A program made the position numbers and the translations under genes. Source: an uncultured Mycoplasmatota bacterium (GTDB lineage: Bacteria > Bacillota_I > Bacilli_A > RF39 > UBA660). From it: 64,000 nucleotides of DNA. Under the pieces are notes generated by a model that worked only from the letters and a program-made list of their open reading frames with translations, was not told where the DNA came from and searched no databases. The stretch covers positions 3,050 to 67,049 of the forward strand of contig USGP01000005.1 of assembly GCA_900554315.1 (NCBI GenBank), in the 5' to 3' direction. Positions 55,827 through 63,580 of the stretch are shown one piece after another. Each line of letters begins with the position of its first letter. The stretch's first letter is position 1.

Positions 55827-57917
55827 ATGAATTATAGTTATGCATATAAATATACATTTGGTGATGGAGATTATTTTGATGTTGATAGTGTTAATGATTT
55901 CTGTATGCGCCACCCTTATGTGAATAAATTGGTTGAGGTTGCGAATACTAGAGGAATTTCTTCTTCTGATTTAAAACGATTAGATCCATCTATTATGATA
56001 AGAATTGCTGGAGGGTATGATAAGTATCGTTTAGAACATGCTCCTCAATCTCAAGATTATTTATATTCTTCTGTTATTTATACTAGAAATGAAGCAATTA
56101 AAATTGTTGAAGAGATGGAAAAAATCGAGTCTGGTATTAGATCTAATTGGAGTGATTTACAAAAGGTTATTTATGTTTATGATTCTTTAAAATCTGGAGT
56201 GTTATATGATCCTAAATACGAAGAAAAATCATCTGATGAAATTCGAAGTTTAAGAGGATTAATTACCAAACAAACAGTGTGTGCTGGTTATTCATTGATG
56301 TTTAAAGAAATGATGGATCGATTGAATATTCCTTGTCAATATGTAGAGGGACGTACTGAAAAAGGAACAGGTCATGCTTGGAATCTTGTTACGATAGATG
56401 GAAAATTATATCCTGTTGATGTTACTTTTGATAATTCTAGATATCAGGCTGGTTTCGATTCTACCTATTATTTTTTAGGACAAAATGTTGAGTCTTTTGC
56501 TAAAAATCATCGTCCACGTTCTTATGAGCCAGTTCAGGATTATCGTCATACACTTTCACAAATTAATTTAGATTTAATTCGTCAAATTTCTTCACAGTTT
56601 GATAGATCGAAAACTTACACTAATAGTACCTATCTTATAGCTCGTCAGGATGGTTCTCAATTTGTAATTTCTCAAGTTGGTAATTTTATTGCTGATGGTT
56701 ATAAACTTAATCGATATTATTATTGTGATGTTTTACCTGATGGAACATTAAAAAATCCACAAATTTTCTTTAGTGAAAGTAATGTTATGGGATATAAAAA
56801 GAATCGAGATTTTGGTAAAAAGGTTCCTACTGGTTATGGAAATGTTTTATTTAATATTGTTTTCTCTAAAGAAAATATACAAGATTCTATTGATCGAGAT
56901 ACTATGTTTTTGGGAAATGTTACTAAAAAATCTTCCAGCAATCATAGTGAAGTTGTACAGAGCGTATCTGAAATCGAAAAGCCTGATGATTTGTTAACTC
57001 ATCGTAGAGATAATATTCGAGTTTTTAAAAGAAGTGATGGTACTAGTTTTATTGCAGAAAGAAGGACTTTTACTCAAAAACCTTGTGGATTCGATATATA
57101 TAAATATGATATTTTTGAAATGGTGTTAGAAGATAATAAATATGTATTAAAGAAAAATACAGTATTTACAGAAAGAGACTTTTTTAATGATCCTAGATTA
57201 GATATGGTGGATGTGTTCTTAAGTAGAGCAAGATTGGATAGAAAAGTTAATGAAGCTGGTAGTTATATTGGTTATTATGCAAGTGATAATCATAAGTATT
57301 ATAATCCAGATTTAGTTGATTATTTTGATACTTCTAAGCGTATTAATGTAGATGATTTGGTTGATTCTATAGAACCAAAGCCTCTTCCTACTTTTGATGA
57401 GATAAAGAATTTAGCTTCTCAATATGAGATATTTACTATATCTGGTAATCCTTTGGAGGAAGATTTTTCTAAATATAAAATTCGTGATATTAAAACGAAG
57501 GAAGTAGAGGAAAATCCGGAAATTGTTGAGAAAGCTATGTTTGCTAATATGTGGTTAACTGCTGCTGGTGTTAATTGGACTGCTGGTGATAAAAGAGTTG
57601 GAGATGTTTATGCTTTTAACTCTTCTGCAGAAGAAATTTATCATTCTATATGTCAAGATATGACAAAACAAGTAGAGCAAGATGGGGTTATTGATACTGT
57701 TGGTATTTTTCGTGATATTAGTTCTCATTCTTTATATAAATATAATCAAGAAATTGTTGCTAATTTGTTTAGAACGCCTACTCAAGTACAATTCATTAAT
57801 GATTTGGCACTTCGTTCTGTTGGTAAAAGCTCACAATCTAAAGTTCCAGAACCATTATATTCTGTTGGATATGCTAGTAATTTAGCTTATTCTGTAAATA
57901 ATCATGTTCAAAAATAG
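55827..57917 (+). CDS. Large transglutaminase-like (papain-fold Cys-His-Asp) protein
   Basis: Core CAGYSLMF...GHAWNLV...YPVDVT. ATG lies 1 nt after the LRR gene stop, behind GGTGAG. Confidence 0.75.
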   Translation: MNYSYAYKYTFGDGDYFDVDSVNDFCMRHPYVNKLVEVANTRGISSSDLKRLDPSIMIRIAGGYDKYRLEHAPQSQDYLYSSVIYTRNEAIKIVEEMEKIESGIRSNWSDLQKVIYVYDSLKSGVLYDPKYEEKSSDEIRSLRGLITKQTVCAGYSLMFKEMMDRLNIPCQYVEGRTEKGTGHAWNLVTIDGKLYPVDVTFDNSRYQAGFDSTYYFLGQNVESFAKNHRPRSYEPVQDYRHTLSQINLDLIRQISSQFDRSKTYTNSTYLIARQDGSQFVISQVGNFIADGYKLNRYYYCDVLPDGTLKNPQIFFSESNVMGYKKNRDFGKKVPTGYGNVLFNIVFSKENIQDSIDRDTMFLGNVTKKSSSNHSEVVQSVSEIEKPDDLLTHRRDNIRVFKRSDGTSFIAERRTFTQKPCGFDIYKYDIFEMVLEDNKYVLKKNTVFTERDFFNDPRLDMVDVFLSRARLDRKVNEAGSYIGYYASDNHKYYNPDLVDYFDTSKRINVDDLVDSIEPKPLPTFDEIKNLASQYEIFTISGNPLEEDFSKYKIRDIKTKEVEENPEIVEKAMFANMWLTAAGVNWTAGDKRVGDVYAFNSSAEEIYHSICQDMTKQVEQDGVIDTVGIFRDISSHSLYKYNQEIVANLFRTPTQVQFINDLALRSVGKSSQSKVPEPLYSVGYASNLAYSVNNHVQK

Positions 57918-57927
57918 AGGTGGTAAA

Positions 57928-59001
57928 ATGGAAAAGTTTTATTTGGAAATTCCTAGTTTGGGTAGGAAAGAAGATGCAATTGATTATATTCAAGAATTTC
58001 ATCAGTATCATTCAGCTATTAATGGTGTTGGTGGTCTAGATCGATATATAGAAGATTATGCTGGTTGGTTGGAAAAGTTGAAGCAAGATGCTACTCGAAT
58101 TCCTAATGAGAAAAAGGTTCCAGCAAAAACGTATTTTTTGGTTAGACAAAATGATTGCAAAATTGTTGGTATGATTAATATTCGTTTGACATTAAATGAA
58201 CATTTGAAGAAGTTTGGAGGTCATATTGGATATAGTATTCGACCAACAGAACGAGGAAAGGGATATAATAAAATAAATTTATATTTAGGATTAAAAATAT
58301 GTCAGTCTCATGGCATATCTAAAGTTTTGATGGATGCAGATACAAATAATCCAGCATCATGGAAGACTATGGAAGCTTTGGGTGGTGTTTTTGTTAGGGA
58401 ATACTATGATGATGAAGAAGCAAATTGTTATGTTAAAGATTATGAAATAAATGTGGATCAGAGTTTACATGATTATGCACCTATTTATGAAAAAATGATA
58501 TATTATGAAGATGAGGAAGTTTTTTCTTCTTCTCATATTTCTTTTGTGAAGCTTCAACATTCCTTGGTTGATGAGTATGTTAGGATGGTAAATGATCCAG
58601 ATGTTAATAAGTTTATTTCTAAGCATTCTATTACTTATTCTATGGAAGCAGAAAAAGAGTGGATTCAGAAAAAATTAGATTCTAAAGCAACTATCTATTC
58701 TATGCTAGAAAAGAATAGTCATAGGTTTATTGGAAATATTGAACTAATGAGAGTTGAAAATCAAGAAGGAGAGTTGGGTATTTGTATTACTCCTCTTATG
58801 CAAAATAAACATTATGGACGGGAAGCATTAACAGCATTTGTCAATTATTGTTTTGAAACATTTCATTTAAATCGCATATATTTAAAAGCTTATAGTCATA
58901 ATAAAAGAGCAATTCATGTTTATCAATTAGTAGGATTTCAAATGTATCAAGAGTCATCTGATGAGGTTTGTATGGAGATTAGAAAAAATAATGCAAAATA
59001 A
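57928..59001 (+). CDS. Fused double GNAT acetyltransferase
   Basis: N-terminal half is COG3981-like (GHIGYSIRPTERGKGY). C-terminal half is RimJ/RimL-like (GICITP..QNKHYGREAL). Confidence 0.75.
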   Translation: MEKFYLEIPSLGRKEDAIDYIQEFHQYHSAINGVGGLDRYIEDYAGWLEKLKQDATRIPNEKKVPAKTYFLVRQNDCKIVGMINIRLTLNEHLKKFGGHIGYSIRPTERGKGYNKINLYLGLKICQSHGISKVLMDADTNNPASWKTMEALGGVFVREYYDDEEANCYVKDYEINVDQSLHDYAPIYEKMIYYEDEEVFSSSHISFVKLQHSLVDEYVRMVNDPDVNKFISKHSITYSMEAEKEWIQKKLDSKATIYSMLEKNSHRFIGNIELMRVENQEGELGICITPLMQNKHYGREALTAFVNYCFETFHLNRIYLKAYSHNKRAIHVYQLVGFQMYQESSDEVCMEIRKNNAK

Positions 59002-59641
59002 AATCGTTATTTTTGATTGGGGTGGCGTTATACTACATACTTATCCTGATTCTAATAGTGATAGAGATGCTATTGTTAGAACGATTCAGCATTTTCAATC
59101 TTCTTTTAGTTCAGAAGAGGCTTGGAATCTTTATCGTGATACATTGAGAGATGAAAATAATGTTATCATTAGTGTTCAAAATGATGAAGAAAGTAAGAAA
59201 AAGTGGGTTCAAAGAATTTGTAATGCTGGTAATTTTCATACTTCTATGGATGAATTTAGTAATGTGTTTAGTGCTGAATATTTAAAAACAGATTATTATC
59301 AAGATGTTGTTCATTATATTTATTCTTTAAAAGACAAATGTAAAATTGGTTTGTTTTCTGATTTGATTTATGCCTGTTATCCTGCTTTAGCTAAACAGTT
59401 AGATTTATCTAGTTTTGATTATGTTTGGTTATCTTATATGACTCACAGTCATAAAAGTAGTGAGGATGCTTTTAGCCTGGTGGAACAGGATTTACAATTA
59501 AATCCTAAAGATATTATGTTTATTGATGATACTTCTATAAATATAGAAAATGCTGCTAAAAGAGGGTGGAATACTTGCCAGGCTAAAGGATATGAGCTTG
59601 ATAAGATTCAGAAATCAATCTCTGAATTTTTAGGTTTGTAA
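58991..59641 (+). CDS. HAD-superfamily hydrolase
   Basis: Motif I IVIFDWGGV and motif IV FIDDTSINIENA. Confidence 0.75.
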   Translation: MQNKIVIFDWGGVILHTYPDSNSDRDAIVRTIQHFQSSFSSEEAWNLYRDTLRDENNVIISVQNDEESKKKWVQRICNAGNFHTSMDEFSNVFSAEYLKTDYYQDVVHYIYSLKDKCKIGLFSDLIYACYPALAKQLDLSSFDYVWLSYMTHSHKSSEDAFSLVEQDLQLNPKDIMFIDDTSINIENAAKRGWNTCQAKGYELDKIQKSISEFLGL

Positions 59642-59651
59642 TTCTTCTAAA

Positions 59652-59680
59652 TTGACAAATCTTTGATATTGTGTTATTAT
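59652..59680 (+). promoter_or_regulatory. Near-consensus sigma-A promoter of the Thr-rich mini-cistron
   Basis: TTGACA, 17-nt spacer, TATTAT, with TG at the extended -10 position. Confidence 0.6.
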
Positions 59681-59709
59681 TTAATTACTTTTTGAAAGGG
59701 AGAATTTTT

Positions 59710-59793
59710 ATGTTAAGCAATCAATTGACGACAACTGTTTATACGACAAAAAAATCAATTATTTCGATTGATTGTTTTAGCATTGTTAAATAA
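59710..59793 (+). CDS. 27-aa Thr-rich micro-ORF (MLSNQLTTTVYTTKKSIISIDCFSIVK)
   Basis: AAAGGGAG RBS 7 nt upstream. Has its own promoter and terminator. Not in the ORF track because it is too short. Confidence 0.4.
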   Translation: MLSNQLTTTVYTTKKSIISIDCFSIVK

Positions 59794-59825
59794 AGTATAA
59801 GTAAGAATATTTATATTGTTATTAC

Positions 59826-59858
59826 AAAGTCTATTACAATCCAGTAATAGACTTTTTT
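59826..59858 (+). terminator. Rho-independent terminator after the micro-ORF
   Basis: Perfect 10-bp stem agtctattac/gtaatagact followed by a T-run. Confidence 0.8.
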
Positions 59859-59893
59859 GTAAATTTTGTTGTAGATGATGATATAATATTAAT

Positions 59894-60101
59894 ATAAAGA
59901 CTATGATATAGGACATGATATTTGAGTATTTATTTTTTAGAGAGTTATCGGTTGGTGTAAGATAATAAATAAACTTAATTATTACTACCTATTAAGTTGC
60001 TTAGGAAACTAAGATCCGTAGAAATACGGTTATCATAAATTAAGTAAAAAAAAGGATGGTACCGTCTATGATAGACTCCTAGAAGGTATCATCTTTTTTG
60101 T
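59894..60101 (+). promoter_or_regulatory. T-box riboswitch leader (probable Thr specifier ACU or ACC)
   Basis: Extended -10 TGaTATAAT at 59879-59887. AGAGT and TGGTGTAAG stem I motifs. ACTACC at 59984-59989. T-box AAGGATGGTACCGTC overlaps a terminator gatggtacc...ggtatcatc plus T-run. Confidence 0.85.
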
Positions 60102-60117
60102 TTAAGGAGATGGTTAA

Positions 60118-60162
60118 ATGACGGAAAGTGATACGATGAACTCCCATTCAAAAAGTAAATAA
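60118..60162 (+). other. 14-codon micro-ORF behind a strong SD, between the T-box terminator and thrS
   Basis: AAGGAGA, 7 nt, ATG. Encodes MTESDTMNSHSKSK then a stop. In a different frame from thrS. Confidence 0.3.
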
Positions 60163-60179
60163 AAGAAAGAAGGAAAAGT

Positions 60180-61715
60180 ATGTTAAATGAAAAAGGTGCC
60201 GAATTACTAAAAAGGGTAATTCAAAATAAATATAAAGATATCAGTTTAGATAGTTTATATGCTGATGATAATGAATTTTATTATGAATTTAAGATTCATG
60301 AAGTGATTAGTGAAAATGATTTTGGAAATTTGGAAGAAGAAATTCAAAAATTAGATTCTAGTATTTATGTTAAGCTTTTAAGAGTTAGTGGTGTATATTA
60401 TGAAGGAAAAGCTGATAATGAGATGATTACTAGAATTTCTGGGAAATGTTTTTCTAGTTTGGATGAGTTAGAGAAGTATTCTGAATTCTTAAAAGAGGCA
60501 AAGGAACGAGATCATAGAAAAATTGGTCAAGAGTTAGATTTATTTTGTTTTTCTGATTATGTTGGAGCAGGGCTTCCTTTGTATACTCCTAGAGGTACTA
60601 TTGTAAAAGATGAGTTACAAAAAGAGATTGAAAGAGTCTGTCGTCAATATGGATTTCAGAAAGTTAGTTGCCCTTCTCTTGCAGATATTTCATTATTTGA
60701 AACTTCAGGTCATGCTCAAAAATTTGATGATGAGTTATTTCGAGTAGAGTCTCCTAAAGGTCATCATTTTGTTTTAAAACCTGTTCAGTGCCCACATCAT
60801 ACTCAAATTTATGCTTCTAAAATAAGAAGTTATAAAGATTTACCGATTCGTTATATGGAAAGTGATAAACAATATCGAGCTGAACTTCCTGGAGCGGTAG
60901 GCGGTCTTTCTCGTGTTTATGCTATTACTGTTGAAGATGGACATTCTTTTTGTAGAGTTGATCAAGTAAAAGAAGAAGTTAAAAATATGTGTAATTTAAT
61001 TAAAGATTTTTATTCTAGGATGGGATTATGGGATAATCACTGGGTATCTTTATCTGTTAGAGATTATCAACATCCAGAAAAATATATTGGAAGCTCAGAA
61101 GATTGGGATGTCTGTGAGAAAATGTTAGAGGAAGTATCTTTAGAATTAGGGTTAGATGCAAAAAAATGTGAAGGGGAAGCTGCTTTGTATGGCCCTAAGT
61201 TGGATTTTATGTTTCAAGATGCTTTAGGTAGAGATATTCAAATACCAACTGTGCAATTGGATTTTGCCATGCCAAAAAGATTTGGATTATCTTATATTGA
61301 TGAGAATGGTGAAAAACAAACTCCAGTTATGGTTCATAGAGCAGTTTTAGGTTCTTATGAAAGGTTTTTAGTCTTATTATTAGAACAATTTAAAGGTGTT
61401 CTACCTGTTTGGTTATCACCAGTTCAAGTAAATATTGTACCAGTTAATATGAAGTATCATGATGAGTATTGCAGGAAGTTAAAACAGATTTTATTAAAGG
61501 AAGATATTCGTGCTGAATATGATGACTCTAAACAACAGATGAACAAAAAGATTAGACAAAGTAATGTTATGAAAAATCCATTCACTGTTATTATTGGTGA
61601 TAAGGAACGAGACGATAATTTAGTTAGTTATCGTCGCTATGGTAGTGAAGAAACTCATACACTTTCACTTGATGATTTTATTTCATTTATAAAAGAAGAG
61701 ATTCAAAAAAGATAA
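60180..61715 (+). CDS. thrS: Threonyl-tRNA synthetase, N-terminally truncated form (no TGS domain, degenerate editing domain)
   Basis: RDHRKIGQELDLF, class II catalytic core and anticodon-binding domain are intact. Only about 105 aa precede RDHRKIG. Confidence 0.9.
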   Translation: MLNEKGAELLKRVIQNKYKDISLDSLYADDNEFYYEFKIHEVISENDFGNLEEEIQKLDSSIYVKLLRVSGVYYEGKADNEMITRISGKCFSSLDELEKYSEFLKEAKERDHRKIGQELDLFCFSDYVGAGLPLYTPRGTIVKDELQKEIERVCRQYGFQKVSCPSLADISLFETSGHAQKFDDELFRVESPKGHHFVLKPVQCPHHTQIYASKIRSYKDLPIRYMESDKQYRAELPGAVGGLSRVYAITVEDGHSFCRVDQVKEEVKNMCNLIKDFYSRMGLWDNHWVSLSVRDYQHPEKYIGSSEDWDVCEKMLEEVSLELGLDAKKCEGEAALYGPKLDFMFQDALGRDIQIPTVQLDFAMPKRFGLSYIDENGEKQTPVMVHRAVLGSYERFLVLLLEQFKGVLPVWLSPVQVNIVPVNMKYHDEYCRKLKQILLKEDIRAEYDDSKQQMNKKIRQSNVMKNPFTVIIGDKERDDNLVSYRRYGSEETHTLSLDDFISFIKEEIQKR

Positions 61716-61742
61716 AAGGATTTTAAAATTAAAATCCTTTTT
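61715..61742 (+). terminator. Rho-independent terminator of thrS
   Basis: aaaggatttt/aaaatccttt stem. Confidence 0.75.
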
Positions 61743-61790
61743 GTATGGAATTTATTCATTTTGTGTTACAATTTTTTTAGAGGTGTAATT

Positions 61791-62687
61791 ATGAAAAATT
61801 ATTATATTGATCTTGGATCATCTACAATTAAAGTTTATTGTTATGAAAAGGAGTTAAAACTTGTAGAGGAACATTCTATTTACTTTAAAAATGATTTTGA
61901 TGCAGAAAAGGGGATTAGTAAAAATAACTTACAAGAGTTATGTAATTACTTTGAAGAATTAAAGAATAAATATCATTTAAAATATTATAATACACATATT
62001 TTTGTTACAGGAATTTTTAGAAATTTAATACCAGAGAGAAAACAAGATTTGGTTAAATTATTTAATGAAAAGTTTGATTTACATTTTAATATTATTAGTC
62101 ATGGTATTGAAAATTATTATCTAGCAAAAGCAATGGAAAATGATTATAATGGAAAGAAAGTTTTAATTATTAATATGGGTGGAAAAACTACAGAGCTAGT
62201 AACTTTTGTAGGAGATAAAATTACAGATACTAAAAATTTGACTATTGGTGTTGCTGATTTATTAAATCATTTTGATAAAGTAAATGAAAAATATAGTGGT
62301 GATACTGTAGAAGATATGGAGGAATTTGTTTCTGAAAAATTACAAAAGTTAGAATTGGATAAGGATTATGATTGTGCTATTTTTACTGGTGGAGAAGAAC
62401 GATTCGAATTGTTAACAAAATTTAATTTGGTTGAAAATACATTATTTCATGATCATATCCATAGATATATGGTTAGTTTAGATGATTATGTTGAAGGAAC
62501 TAAAAGAGTATTTTATGATATTTCTCTTGAAGAATTATATGATTTAATGCCATCTAACCCAAAATGGATGGATGGGGCCAGAAGTGGAGCTATTATACCG
62601 TTAGTATTATTTAGAAAAGCTAATGTTAAGTGGATTATTCCATCTGATTTAAATTTAATTAATGGAGTTATTAATGATTTAAAATAA
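61791..62687 (+). CDS. Ppx/GppA-like ASKHA-fold phosphatase (N-terminal two domains only)
   Basis: YIDLGSSTIKV, ISHGIENYYL and LIINMGGKTTELV match the Ppx/GppA phosphate-binding motifs. Confidence 0.55.
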   Translation: MKNYYIDLGSSTIKVYCYEKELKLVEEHSIYFKNDFDAEKGISKNNLQELCNYFEELKNKYHLKYYNTHIFVTGIFRNLIPERKQDLVKLFNEKFDLHFNIISHGIENYYLAKAMENDYNGKKVLIINMGGKTTELVTFVGDKITDTKNLTIGVADLLNHFDKVNEKYSGDTVEDMEEFVSEKLQKLELDKDYDCAIFTGGEERFELLTKFNLVENTLFHDHIHRYMVSLDDYVEGTKRVFYDISLEELYDLMPSNPKWMDGARSGAIIPLVLFRKANVKWIIPSDLNLINGVINDLK

Positions 62688-62777
62688 GGATTTATAAAAG
62701 TCCTTTTTTTAATGTCCTTTTAAATGTTTATTTCTTTTATATATGTTATATTATTTTAAGATAGGTGTGTGTGCTAT

Positions 62778-63038
62778 ATGAAAGTTTTTATGAAAAAAGG
62801 AGAGCATCAGTCTCTAGTTTTTGGTATTGTTTTCACTTTATTATTCTTATTTGTTTCTATATATTTATTGTATTCTTATTTTGTATCAGAATGCTTTCTA
62901 GATACTTTTTCCCAAGATGGAACTAAGTTTGTTTTTGGAATCTTTTTTTCATTCTTTGACTTAATCTTTTTAATATATTTATTTAAATCTCCCAAAAAAT
63001 ATACAGCCGTATTAATTTCTAAAAGTATCATGGAATGA
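62778..63038 (+). CDS. Small two-TM membrane protein, hypothetical
   Basis: Hydrophobic ORF. Start at ATG 62778, behind TAGGTG. Confidence 0.4.
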   Translation: MKVFMKKGEHQSLVFGIVFTLLFLFVSIYLLYSYFVSECFLDTFSQDGTKFVFGIFFSFFDLIFLIYLFKSPKKYTAVLISKSIME

Positions 63039-63122
63039 TTGTTTGTGATATGGCTTTTGAGGTAACGAAAAAAAAGAAGAGAAGTTATGATTTAATCCCA
63101 GCAAGATTTTCTTGTTTTACAT

Positions 63123-63434
63123 ATGAAGATAATGATTAGTTTTGCTAATAAATATTTTGATGAAAAACAACCTTGGATTCTTGCTAAAACTGATATTAAC
63201 GAATGCAATCATATTTTATTTAGCTGTGTAAATATTATCTATAATATTAATGCTTTGTTAAAACCATATTTGCCTTTTTCTTGTGAAAAGGTAGAAAATT
63301 ATTTAGGATGTCAGAATTTTCAGTGGAAATATGAAAGTATCTCTACAGTTTCTATCAAAAAAGACATTCAACCATTATACGAAAGATATGATAAAAGTGT
63401 TATTGCTTTTGAAAGGGAAAAATTAAAAAAATAG
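63123..63434 (+). pseudogene. Remnant of a methionyl-tRNA synthetase gene (anticodon-binding domain fragment only)
   Basis: ANKYFDEKQPWILAK...LLKPYLPFSCEKV...IQPLYERYD matches the C-terminal helical domain of MetRS. No catalytic domain lies upstream in any frame. Confidence 0.6.
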
Positions 63435-63580
63435 TGTGTTTACTTTTATCTGATTTGTAATTGATATTTTCTAGATGTTAAATTTATATTCATTTTTTAA
63501 ATATTTTAAAAAATAGTATTTTGTAGTAAAATTAGAATGTGTTTGATTTTATAAAATTATATATGAAATAGGTGGTAATT

